The notes under the pieces: model-generated | Told to the model about the DNA's origin: nothing | Databases searched by the model: none | The model's input: only the letters and a program-made list of their open reading frames with translations | Translations under genes and position numbers: made by a program | Virus record (IMG/VR): IMGVR_UViG_3300022744_000020 | Location: 186,001 to 250,000 of that record | Reading direction: 5' to 3' (one strand) | Length of the DNA: 64,000 bases | Shown: piece after piece, positions 53,908 to 62,455 of the stretch | Position numbering within the stretch: the first letter of the stretch is position 1 | Layout: every line of letters starts with the position of its first letter

Positions 53908-54375
53908 ATGCCTGATAACCACACTCAGCTCTGGACCAGTATTCGCCCCGGTCAAAAATGGCATTTCACTTTGCTGGCGATCGTTCCGAACCATTGGCTA
54001 TCGAAATCGGGCCCGAGCATAAAGGAGAGAATTCAGCAGAATCCAGAATGCCTGAAAGAGATCCAGCGATTCACTGAAGACGGAAAAACTCTCTTTCATG
54101 GCGGTACCATGTTTGAGCTTAAAGCCACACATGGAGTTCCGCTCGATTTTCTGTTGGATAAAATTGTCAACGAGTTTGGCTTTGCTGTCAGTTGGATCGA
54201 TTTCATTGAACAGTCGCGCAAGAATGGGAGATGGGATTTCCAGACCATCAAAGAGATTGATTACGGCCTCAAGGACGCAATGATCGATCGACAGTACGCC
54301 GAAGGAATTCTGATCCGATGTAAGATCTACATGACACAAGTCGCTCACCCGCTTTTGAAGGAACAAACCAAATGA
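53908..54375 (+). CDS. Protein with an alanyl-tRNA-synthetase-like helical motif
   Basis: GGTMFELKATHGVPLDF...EFGFAVSWIDF resembles AlaRS G..AFKLYDTYGFPLD...E.G..VD..GF. Confidence 0.55.
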   Translation: MPDNHTQLWTSIRPGQKWHFTLLAIVPNHWLSKSGPSIKERIQQNPECLKEIQRFTEDGKTLFHGGTMFELKATHGVPLDFLLDKIVNEFGFAVSWIDFIEQSRKNGRWDFQTIKEIDYGLKDAMIDRQYAEGILIRCKIYMTQVAHPLLKEQTK

Positions 54376-54593
54376 AATACAACCAACTCAACATTGGTCC
54401 AGCTTTTTACTATCCAGACGAATTGGAGCGGTTAGAGGTATCTGTGGAAGTATCCCAACCGAACAAGGGAAAAGTTTGGGTCAAGGCTCGCCCTTTAAGT
54501 TGTTCCAATAACGCTTCCTTCCTGCATCGCCTCAAGATGGCTTGGGAAGTTTTTCGTGGTAAATCCGACGTTCTTCGCTGGAGAGGTCAATGA
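54372..54593 (+). CDS. Small hypothetical protein
   Basis: ATGA overlap with the upstream gene. Confidence 0.7.
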   Translation: MKYNQLNIGPAFYYPDELERLEVSVEVSQPNKGKVWVKARPLSCSNNASFLHRLKMAWEVFRGKSDVLRWRGQ

Positions 54594-55144
54594 CTCAACC
54601 GATTCTTTTCGAGCAAATCCCTACGACTTCAATTAAGGACCTAATAAAGTTCTTTGATGAAAATGAACGGGAGTCTCTTAAGTCGATAAGTGCTTTTGAT
54701 TTTGAATCCCAGTTACTTCAGATCTACTGCTTCAAACCTGATGATCCGGTTAATACCTATAGACTTTTCTTTGTTTTAGCTTACTACCGCGAGTTTTGTG
54801 TGAATCCGGCAGAGTGCCGACCATTCGCAAAACTTCCGAACGGGGAAGTTTGTGAGATCGATGTCTCACTACTGGGGATAAGGATTAGGCCAATCACCAC
54901 CACCCTGAAGTACATGGTCGTGGATCGGGACCAACTTAACGTCCCGAGTAGGTATGGATTGCCCGCTATCGCCTTTGATGAAGTCGCCTGGTATCTCGGA
55001 AGTGGTCCTTTTGATGCAGAAGCAAACCCCACGATAGTTGAGCAGGTTCACACAGCTACAAAAGCTCGACTTCAAAAGTTCCCAGAAGAAGATTTCTTCG
55101 GTAAGGCACCTCACCCAAAAGTAAAGAATCGCAAAAAGTCCTGA
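54590..55144 (+). CDS. Hypothetical protein
   Basis: ATGA overlap. Confidence 0.7.
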   Translation: MTQPILFEQIPTTSIKDLIKFFDENERESLKSISAFDFESQLLQIYCFKPDDPVNTYRLFFVLAYYREFCVNPAECRPFAKLPNGEVCEIDVSLLGIRIRPITTTLKYMVVDRDQLNVPSRYGLPAIAFDEVAWYLGSGPFDAEANPTIVEQVHTATKARLQKFPEEDFFGKAPHPKVKNRKKS

Positions 55145-55145
55145 G

Positions 55146-55157
55146 CATATATTACCA
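55146..55157 (+). promoter_or_regulatory. Phage early-promoter-like motif
   Basis: CATATATTACCA contains TATATTAC, the phiKZ early promoter core. Confidence 0.65.
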
Positions 55158-55212
55158 AGGACTAAAGTAATCTTTGCTTAGTAACGAAACCACAACGATT
55201 GGAAAATCGATA

Positions 55213-55674
55213 ATGTCCGATACTGAAAAGCTCGCACTCATTTCCCCGGCACCTTGGCCGTATTTCGGTCTCGTTGACGGTGTGACTAAATATCAAGAAG
55301 ACCGAGAGCATAATCCGGAAGCCTTGCTCACAATGAAGATGAACGAGGAAACTCTTTCTGGTATGTTGGGCTATCTGCTCTCCGTCAAACAGTCTAATCG
55401 GGAACTCACGGCCCAGCGACAAGCGGTTGCCAACGAACTCGATTTCGCAAAAGGAGGGGATTTAACCCAACTAGCTTTAGCTGTTAGAAAACTAAACGGC
55501 GACCTCTTTGATAAGCACGGAGAATGGGCGCTCGAAAGAAGGCGAGCTGAAGAACTTCAAGGACAACTGAGTAAAGAGACTGCCAGAACTAAAGAGCTAG
55601 AAGAAAAATGTGCACGACTCGAGAAAATCAACGAGCGGCAACAAATCGCATTGCTTAATTTCTTAGGGGCTTAA
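55213..55674 (+). CDS. Coiled-coil hypothetical protein
   Basis: Heptad-rich C-terminus. Confidence 0.7.
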   Translation: MSDTEKLALISPAPWPYFGLVDGVTKYQEDREHNPEALLTMKMNEETLSGMLGYLLSVKQSNRELTAQRQAVANELDFAKGGDLTQLALAVRKLNGDLFDKHGEWALERRRAEELQGQLSKETARTKELEEKCARLEKINERQQIALLNFLGA

Positions 55675-55721
55675 GACGACCTAAACCGTCCAGCTCAACA
55701 ACCAACGTAGGAGTAACTCCC

Positions 55722-56435
55722 ATGGCATTAGATCTTCAAAATCCCGTCAGCGAAACCCAATTCATCGAGAGTCAGCAAGAAAAATACGTCTTGGTCGACG
55801 AGGCGGCTCGCACTCAACTCAGCGAGACCATCAAGGCTATCGTCCTGCAAAATAGCAGCGAGTTCAACGCCGTTGTGGCGTGGTACTGCAAGTGCGTGGA
55901 GCAGTTCATGGGGCCGTTTGCCGAATGGCAAAAGCCAACAGTTCACGCCAGTGCCATTGCCTACGGAAACGAAAGCGATACCCACTTTCGTTTCGACATC
56001 TACCTGGGTTGTCTTTGGAAGAACGTCCGTCAGTTCGAGAACAACCCTGCAGCAACACGCAATCCGATTGCTCCTTTTGGGCTGGATACGGATCGCAGTT
56101 TGCCCATTGTGGATGAGGTGACTCGTCAGTTACTCGCCGCTCTGGCTTCAGAGTTCCTCCTGGTACCGACTTCTCGTGCCAGGCTCGGTAAATTCGGCTC
56201 TTTCAGCGAAGGGTCTCCGGAATGCGTCTATAAGCCAAATGGAAACATGATGGTTGGATTTTCCGTGATCTACAGTGTCACCGATTTGGTATGCGTCAAT
56301 ACCCGGATGCGCGGAATGGAAGGTAAGACTCCGTCGGCACTGTACGTGTTTTCTCGCATCTCCCCAAGGGTCATCGATGGGACACTCAAGCTGGCAGTGC
56401 AGCGAGTGATGAATATCGACGGCTCGATGATCTGA
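55722..56435 (+). CDS. Hypothetical protein
   Basis: AGGAG RBS. Confidence 0.75.
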   Translation: MALDLQNPVSETQFIESQQEKYVLVDEAARTQLSETIKAIVLQNSSEFNAVVAWYCKCVEQFMGPFAEWQKPTVHASAIAYGNESDTHFRFDIYLGCLWKNVRQFENNPAATRNPIAPFGLDTDRSLPIVDEVTRQLLAALASEFLLVPTSRARLGKFGSFSEGSPECVYKPNGNMMVGFSVIYSVTDLVCVNTRMRGMEGKTPSALYVFSRISPRVIDGTLKLAVQRVMNIDGSMI

Positions 56436-56456
56436 ATCAGGTCAAAAGGAAAAGAA

Positions 56457-57044
56457 ATGGCAATCGACACCATTCCGGAGATGAAGGACCAATCTCTCGA
56501 CGTGACAATCGAGGCGAATCGGTTTGCGCGGTACATGGTCTATCTCCAGGACTTATTTGCTTCTCCAAAGGCAGGTAATAAAGAGCCCGCTGAAGTTACG
56601 GTTGTGCTCAATGAAGATCGACCCCGCTACCTGGTAAAGTTTTACTGTCGGTATGCCATATCGAGCTACTTCGGTCTGGATTACACAGAGTTCATCGATC
56701 GCATCCTGAAGAAGAGAACCTACGTCGAGGCAATGGTGATTCCGGCAGGAGTTACGTCGCGCTGGACGCATTGCGCGGAGATCATCGTCGGGATACCCTG
56801 TAAGGAATATTACCGTGGCTATTTGACCGGGGTTCTTTTCGGGGAGGACAACCCTCTGGCATTCGTTACCGACGAATTCGAAATCAAGAATTATTTCTGG
56901 CGATATACTCGGGAAACTTTACTGGAGTGGTCGCTTGAAAACGACCAGAAGTCAAGAGGAGTTCAAGAACAATACCAGCTACAGTGTGCTTTGGATAATA
57001 AATTCCGAGCATTTAAAGATCAACTGATTTCCATCGCCAACTGA
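56457..57044 (+). CDS. Hypothetical protein
   Basis: AAAGGA RBS. Confidence 0.75.
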   Translation: MAIDTIPEMKDQSLDVTIEANRFARYMVYLQDLFASPKAGNKEPAEVTVVLNEDRPRYLVKFYCRYAISSYFGLDYTEFIDRILKKRTYVEAMVIPAGVTSRWTHCAEIIVGIPCKEYYRGYLTGVLFGEDNPLAFVTDEFEIKNYFWRYTRETLLEWSLENDQKSRGVQEQYQLQCALDNKFRAFKDQLISIAN

Positions 57045-57051
57045 GAACACC

Positions 57052-57261
57052 ATGGCCAAACTGAGTAAAGAAGCAAAAGAAGCGTTTCTGGAAGAACTGA
57101 ACCAACTGACCCGCAAACACGGAATTCACATCTGGGGTTGCGGCTGCTGTGGCGGGCCGGCACTGGTAGGTCTGACCGAAAAGGAAACCAGCCCCGACCA
57201 CCGGTATCGTTTTGATGACGCTGAAGAAAGCGACGGACATATCGAGTGGGCGGACAAATGA
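57052..57261 (+). CDS. Small Cys-cluster protein
   Basis: IWGCGCCGGP. Confidence 0.7.
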   Translation: MAKLSKEAKEAFLEELNQLTRKHGIHIWGCGCCGGPALVGLTEKETSPDHRYRFDDAEESDGHIEWADK

Positions 57262-57539
57262 GTCAGGAGCCTGAAAACCAATTCAGGCTCTCATTTCACT
57301 ACTTTGGGGTCAAGCTAGTTTTCACGATAGTTAGATCCCTTACTGGTGAGGTGAGCTGCACTATACGTGCTACTTACAGTGGAGTAAAAGAGCCTGAAGA
57401 GTTCGGGCTCAAATTTACCGATAAAGCGCAAAAAGCAGCGCGTGAAAACTGGCCGCTTTACTTGGAGAAGGCAAAGGCCAATGAGCTAACCTTCTTCTCC
57501 TCTCTTTTCGAAAACTCTCAAGAGGTGACACATGGCTGA
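57258..57539 (+). CDS. Hypothetical protein
   Basis: ATGA overlap. Confidence 0.65.
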   Translation: MSQEPENQFRLSFHYFGVKLVFTIVRSLTGEVSCTIRATYSGVKEPEEFGLKFTDKAQKAARENWPLYLEKAKANELTFFSSLFENSQEVTHG

Positions 57540-58143
57540 TGCTGAAAACAACCAAGAATCAAGCGATCACCCCGCTACGCAAACCGGACAATTGGGGGAG
57601 TTCTTTATCTACCTCCAACAAGTTCTTGCTCCATCGACTTACCCGGTGATTTTCAGATCTGAGGAAATAGAGGCTGAGCCGGAACATACTCAACTCATCT
57701 TTACCACGGACTTTCCAGCAAAGTTCGAGGATGTGAGCGAGGACTGGAATTACAACGCAGTTATTCAAAAAATCCTAGGCCGAAATGCCACCCACCAAAA
57801 CATCCGGCATGCGCACTATTTCGCCCGAGATTATCCAACTCGGATTTTCTACTGGTGGACCTACGAACGAGAACTCAATATCCTGGCTCCGAAGATCGTA
57901 CTCCGGGAACAAACACTCGCCTCTACCCTGTTCCCGGAAATGGAAAATGATGAGCGTGCAAACATCAATCAGGGATACCGAAAGCAAGTGTTCTTGAAAG
58001 CAATCTATTCGATTGCTCAAGCAGTGCGAGAAGAACAGCAAGCGAAAATTTCGGATCTGATTCAAGAACTCTCCGAGCGCCAAAAGACCAGTCGTGCTTT
58101 AGATAAGGATCTGGTGCGTTGGTCAAAAATGGTTGCGATCTAA
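57532..58143 (+). CDS. Hypothetical protein
   Basis: GAGGT RBS. Confidence 0.75.
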   Translation: MADAENNQESSDHPATQTGQLGEFFIYLQQVLAPSTYPVIFRSEEIEAEPEHTQLIFTTDFPAKFEDVSEDWNYNAVIQKILGRNATHQNIRHAHYFARDYPTRIFYWWTYERELNILAPKIVLREQTLASTLFPEMENDERANINQGYRKQVFLKAIYSIAQAVREEQQAKISDLIQELSERQKTSRALDKDLVRWSKMVAI

Positions 58144-58176
58144 ATCCCTTCATTCCAAAATAGAAAGGCCAGCATC

Positions 58177-58419
58177 GTGGGAATTGACCATTTTATCCTT
58201 TGCAGTAAATGCCAAGAATCGGCACCAACCGTAGGGACTTCAGCGGGATGCTCTGAGCCTCGTTGGATGCCTGACTCTTTGGAGGTGCTACCCGCGTTCA
58301 TAATGGCTCATCTTGGCCATCCGATTGAGTTGGTTCATGAATCTGATCCGCGCGCTTACCTGTTTGAGCAATGGGATGATGAAACCTTTGAAGCGATGAA
58401 AAATAAAATCCGCCCCTAA
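58177..58419 (+). CDS. Small Zn-finger-like protein
   Basis: CSKC...HLGH. Confidence 0.6.
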   Translation: MGIDHFILCSKCQESAPTVGTSAGCSEPRWMPDSLEVLPAFIMAHLGHPIELVHESDPRAYLFEQWDDETFEAMKNKIRP

Positions 58420-58437
58420 ATTACCAGCGACAACGAC

Positions 58438-58863
58438 ATGAAAACACTTGCCACTCCGCTCCCCCTAGATCCTTTCCTGGCTCAACATGCTTGGTTCCAA
58501 TCCGTCCAAAGCAAGAAACACTATTTGTTCTGGTGGTGTCCTGCCAACGAATGCTGGTCTTCTGGTCCCGATCTTCCGGCTGCGAGCGAGATCGGAGATT
58601 TCAGCTTTTTCTCCTGCTGTCCCAATCCGGGGTATCTTCCCGCCAAAGACACCCTCGTGATCGAGTACCTGCAATCCATTCGATCGATAGTGCCTCCGAC
58701 TGAACTCCGATATGCACATCGTGCCGAACTCATCAAACTCTTTCGATCTAAACTTGGATTTAGCTTGAGGCAAGCCAAGGATGAAAGCGAAGCGATCCTG
58801 GACCGGCTCTGGATGAGCGATTCGGACACTTACGCCGGTGCCCTACTGAACGCCGTTGGTTAA
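58438..58863 (+). CDS. Hypothetical protein with C-terminal bL12-CTD-like motif
   Basis: ELIKLFRSKLGFSLRQAKDESE. Confidence 0.6.
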   Translation: MKTLATPLPLDPFLAQHAWFQSVQSKKHYLFWWCPANECWSSGPDLPAASEIGDFSFFSCCPNPGYLPAKDTLVIEYLQSIRSIVPPTELRYAHRAELIKLFRSKLGFSLRQAKDESEAILDRLWMSDSDTYAGALLNAVG

Positions 58864-58888
58864 ATCACTCACTCCGCAAGGAAATTCA

Positions 58889-59938
58889 ATGACTACACGC
58901 ACTAATTCTGGAATCGTTACCTTTGGTTGGAACGGCAGCATTCACGACCAATATTTCACCTCGAACCCTATGGAGCTTTTGGAACCAGGGCAATACGAAT
59001 TCATGCAAGACAGTGGCATGTTGTCGGCAATTGAGTCTCGTACTCAGCCGGTTGAGTTGTCTCTCTGGGCTATTGAAAGTTCCAATCACTGTCTTCGTCA
59101 CGGCTTTGATACGCTGAATATTTCAATGTACGCTGCTCCAAAAAAGGCCCTACAGACCAACAAGTTCTTGCTTTCGGAAATTGTCATCGACCCAAAAACA
59201 GACAAGGCTCGGTTCAGTCATCAAAAATTAGAACTAAAGAAGCCCCTCTACGTTTGGTTGGAGCCTAAAGACGGTTGGAAACTTCGCGATGGTCGGGCAA
59301 CTCATCCAAATGCGGAGCGTATTGGAAAGACATCTTCAATCAGTATCAACCTGCAACGCATGAGCGTGACTGAGGTCGGGGACGCCCTTCCCAATTATTC
59401 GCTGCCAGAAGCGATGAAGGCGGTGCAGTCTAATTCAAAAGAACATTGGTTTAAATTCATTGCTGGAAATTATGAAGGAAAACCCCCACGACCCACTGAT
59501 TCATTGTTGGAAGCCTTGATGGTGCAGGCCGCAACTATGGAAGGAATTCACGATAAAGAATACCTCAAGCTTTGTACAGCGCTGAGTGAAACCCATTCTG
59601 GTCTTAATTGGCCTCAAGAAGTTCTGACCAAGGCTTTTGAGGCGATGGCTGGGGATCGTTCACTCAATACCGCGGCTGAAAATCTGCACTATGAAGGATT
59701 GTTTGGTCGCGCCCTGATTCTGTCCGGTGCCGCTCGGGCCACCTTGTTGGCTTTGCATCGTGTCGGACCTCTGAGAGATGGCGACGTCCCGAGTAAAGCC
59801 GGCAGGGACGAGTTATTGGCGATCGGATTGATCGAAAAGATCATCGTTCGTGGAGAGGACGGGTATCAAGCCTGCAATTATCGAGGTCGCGATGTGATGA
59901 AAGCACTGAACGTTCTTTATCCGGATAAAAAATTATAG
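58889..59938 (+). CDS. Hypothetical protein with C-terminal winged-helix-like segment
   Basis: AAGGA RBS; DELLAIGLIEK...CNYRGRDV. Confidence 0.75.
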   Translation: MTTRTNSGIVTFGWNGSIHDQYFTSNPMELLEPGQYEFMQDSGMLSAIESRTQPVELSLWAIESSNHCLRHGFDTLNISMYAAPKKALQTNKFLLSEIVIDPKTDKARFSHQKLELKKPLYVWLEPKDGWKLRDGRATHPNAERIGKTSSISINLQRMSVTEVGDALPNYSLPEAMKAVQSNSKEHWFKFIAGNYEGKPPRPTDSLLEALMVQAATMEGIHDKEYLKLCTALSETHSGLNWPQEVLTKAFEAMAGDRSLNTAAENLHYEGLFGRALILSGAARATLLALHRVGPLRDGDVPSKAGRDELLAIGLIEKIIVRGEDGYQACNYRGRDVMKALNVLYPDKKL

Positions 59939-59940
59939 GA

Positions 59941-60468
59941 AGATCCCTATAATCTGCGAAAGCAGAAATGCCATTTGAGATAGGGTTGGGACTGGTAACG
60001 GGGCCCAATGACTTCAACCTTAACGGGTTGCGCTCCAGTGGAGCAGCGAAGTCGCAGATGCTGTCTCTGGAAGACCGGGAACCTGAAAAGTAATCCCGCG
60101 TCGGCATCACTGTGCCTATGGGTGTAGTCAGTGATGTTTATAAACGAACCATCCGTGACAACTCAGACTTGTCACGGAGTTCAAGGTAGGGAGGGAAATC
60201 GAAATTAACTCCCCTAGAAGTCCTTGGTCATGCCCACCACTCGGAAAGCCCCCTTCCGCTGGGAATGTTTCGACGAAATTCCAGACTCTGAGGGGTTTGG
60301 ATGGATGAAAATCCACTCGTGACTTTAAGCCGGGCCTCAGCCCAAAACCTGCCCGTGTAGCCGGGCATAGGCAAGGGTATGCCGAAGTTAAAATCGGAAG
60401 TCGCACCACAGATCTTCCACCCAAAAGAAACGAATCTTCGCCTGCTACCTTGCGTGGAAGACCAGTCT
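59941..60468 (+). ncRNA. Candidate large ornate ncRNA (~530 nt)
   Basis: No credible ORF; at least 14 helices in nested multibranch domains; GAAA x3 and GTAA tetraloops; own terminator. Confidence 0.75.
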
Positions 60469-60470
60469 CT

Positions 60471-60520
60471 CTGCCCCACCCTCATGCTCAAAAGGCGTGA
60501 GGGTGGGGCAGTTCTTTTTT
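60471..60520 (+). terminator. Long terminator hairpin, CAAAA loop
   Basis: CTGCCCCACCCTCATGCT-CAAAA-GGCGTGAGGGTGGGGCAG plus T run. Confidence 0.88.
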
Positions 60521-60540
60521 GGTTATTCTAAAGATTAATA

Positions 60541-60553
60541 GACACATATCATC
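60541..60553 (+). promoter_or_regulatory. Phage promoter-like motif
   Basis: GACACATATCATC after an AT-rich tract. Confidence 0.55.
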
Positions 60554-60583
60554 AAGGTGTAACCACCGCCAACGAAAGCAGAT

Positions 60584-60964
60584 ATGTCGCAACAAAAGAC
60601 CCATGCCGAAATCCTGCAAGCCCAGTGCTTGAGCCTTGGTGAGCTTTACCAGGCTGCCAAAGCCACTCTGGACGAAAACACCAGACTGACAGCCACTTTG
60701 GCTTCCTGTACTCGTGAGCGAGATGAAGCTCGGAAGAAGCTTGCCGAACTGCAAACAGCCGGGACAACCGAAGGTGATCAGATCACTTTGTCGAAAGAAA
60801 CTTTCCAGAAGCTGATCGATCTCGGGGAAAGATTTCTCGATAGGGATTTTGATGCGTTCACTGACCGGTCGGTGTTCCGAGGCACTTCGGAAGAATACCA
60901 TCAGAAATACAACCCTCAGGAGTATGAGTTGATCCAAGCTCTTCAGAAACGCATGTACGAATAA
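60584..60964 (+). CDS. Coiled-coil hypothetical protein
   Basis: First gene after the promoter motif. Confidence 0.75.
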   Translation: MSQQKTHAEILQAQCLSLGELYQAAKATLDENTRLTATLASCTRERDEARKKLAELQTAGTTEGDQITLSKETFQKLIDLGERFLDRDFDAFTDRSVFRGTSEEYHQKYNPQEYELIQALQKRMYE

Positions 60965-60973
60965 GGAGTTGTA

Positions 60974-61255
60974 ATGAAATACCCATTTATTGGTACCAAG
61001 AGATCCCTCGAGCTCAGGTATGCACCCACAGATACAGAAAAACGAAAGCCGTTCCTGTTAATGCCGGCAGGAGAAGCAAACGTTTACCGGATTCTTTGTG
61101 GTGCTCGACTTGAGGGTGGTAAATTGTATCTCAAAGTAAAGACCTGGAATGACGTTCCAGAATACTCGAGTCTTCAACCTGTTGAGATCGTCACCTCGGA
61201 GCAGATCGAGTTTTCTCGGGCCTGTCTTGAAGCGGTAGACAAAAGCACTGCGTGA
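60974..61255 (+). CDS. Hypothetical protein
   Basis: AAGGAG RBS. Confidence 0.7.
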   Translation: MKYPFIGTKRSLELRYAPTDTEKRKPFLLMPAGEANVYRILCGARLEGGKLYLKVKTWNDVPEYSSLQPVEIVTSEQIEFSRACLEAVDKSTA

Positions 61256-61261
61256 AAGGAA

Positions 61262-61597
61262 ATGCGCATGATGAAGAAAGTTTTGGAGCGATGCGTTGCC
61301 ATGGAGCGGCCTTTTCTTATGGAGCTTGAATGGTGTTTCAAAGAACTCATTCGAGAAATCTTCAAGGAAGGGTTTGTTCGTTTTGGAGCGATTGAGAAAA
61401 TCGCAATACTGAAAAAGAAGATGGCGAGGATCCACGAAGAGGACGAGTTGGACCATAATCGACAAATGGTTTATCTGATCTATTGTACTCACCAGGAAGA
61501 GAACAACCCGGGCTCTTTGGAAATCCGCGCTCGAAGAGTCTCCCTACTGCATGCGTGCGGTCTCGGGGACTTCATCCCCCATCAGCTTCAGGATTAA
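61262..61597 (+). CDS. Hypothetical protein
   Basis: AAAGGA RBS. Confidence 0.65.
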   Translation: MRMMKKVLERCVAMERPFLMELEWCFKELIREIFKEGFVRFGAIEKIAILKKKMARIHEEDELDHNRQMVYLIYCTHQEENNPGSLEIRARRVSLLHACGLGDFIPHQLQD

Positions 61598-61601
61598 AAG
61601 C

Positions 61602-61979
61602 ATGGCACACAAAACCAAAGAAGATCGACAGAAGGAAGCAGCGGTTCGTCGTCGAAAAGATCTCCCAACCTTGGAGTCTTTCTTCAAGGAGGCTTTGCTG
61701 CAGGCACTGAAGAAGGATGGGACCAAGGAATATCAATACGAAGCCATCCGCCGCAGTCGCCAAAATCTATCCAGCAAGATGGAAGATTGCGACTACGCCG
61801 AACCCGCCATTGAGCGACGGATCGCCGTACTGATTCGAGAAGTCCTCATCGAAACCAACAAGACACCGAGGGACTTCGCACACATCGACTACCAGCACGT
61901 CATCGGCTACTATCTCGAAGTCCCTTTGTTGGACTCCCAAAAGAAAGAACTCAATCTGCATGCTCTCTTACCTACTTAA
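61602..61979 (+). CDS. Hypothetical protein
   Basis: AGGA RBS before MAHKTK. Confidence 0.7.
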   Translation: MAHKTKEDRQKEAAVRRRKDLPTLESFFKEALLQALKKDGTKEYQYEAIRRSRQNLSSKMEDCDYAEPAIERRIAVLIREVLIETNKTPRDFAHIDYQHVIGYYLEVPLLDSQKKELNLHALLPT

Positions 61980-62403
61980 ACCCTTCTTCAAACCTCCAGT
62001 GAGGTCGGAGTTCCACTTCCATGGCACGATAGCCAATCGCGAGTACCCTTCCCCGGCAGAGGAATTCAAAAGAGGACCAGGTATCTTTGTGGTGAAGGCA
62101 GTCACCTACGAGCATGCGACTCCGGCGACACCCGTTCGATGGAAGCTCTCCATTCGGACATTGGTACTGGATGAAGTTCGACCTTCACGCTGGTTCAACA
62201 AGCCGGCTGGTGGTTTCGGGTTACTGCGCGGCGTGATCCCTGTCTCGGATGAGAATTTTGCATTCCGAGTGATGCCGAATTCAGGGTTTCAACTTACCGC
62301 TAAACGCAAGTTGCAGTTCCGGAAATCGGACCGGAAAAAGCTGGGCTTTGCCCGTGATCTCACGGTTGTCGTGGATTTTTACGAGTACCGCTGGCCTTTT
62401 TAA
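61960..62403 (+). CDS. Hypothetical protein
   Basis: Overlapping ORF in operon. Confidence 0.65.
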   Translation: MLSYLLKPFFKPPVRSEFHFHGTIANREYPSPAEEFKRGPGIFVVKAVTYEHATPATPVRWKLSIRTLVLDEVRPSRWFNKPAGGFGLLRGVIPVSDENFAFRVMPNSGFQLTAKRKLQFRKSDRKKLGFARDLTVVVDFYEYRWPF

Positions 62404-62455
62404 GAAAACAGCCCCCATTTATTGACACCAACCTAGCACTATCTGGAAGGGAGTA

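Noticed and set aside
60324-60340. Minus-strand CCCGGCTTA resembling the RNase P RNA 3' P4 strand
   Set aside because: No matching GAGGAAAGTCC on that strand, and the GNRA loops and G-U pairs favour the + strand
60374-60412. GGTATG...AAGTCGCAC resembling group II intron domain V
   Set aside because: No AGC/CGC catalytic triad with the correct stem geometry, no flanking exons and no RT ORF. A formal cmscan is still warranted
59841-60491. Minus-strand ORFs 59841-60110, 60128-60424 and 60228-60491 as the explanation for the gap
   Set aside because: They overlap each other, are Arg/Ser/Pro/Gly-rich with no RBS or motif, and run against the local gene orientation
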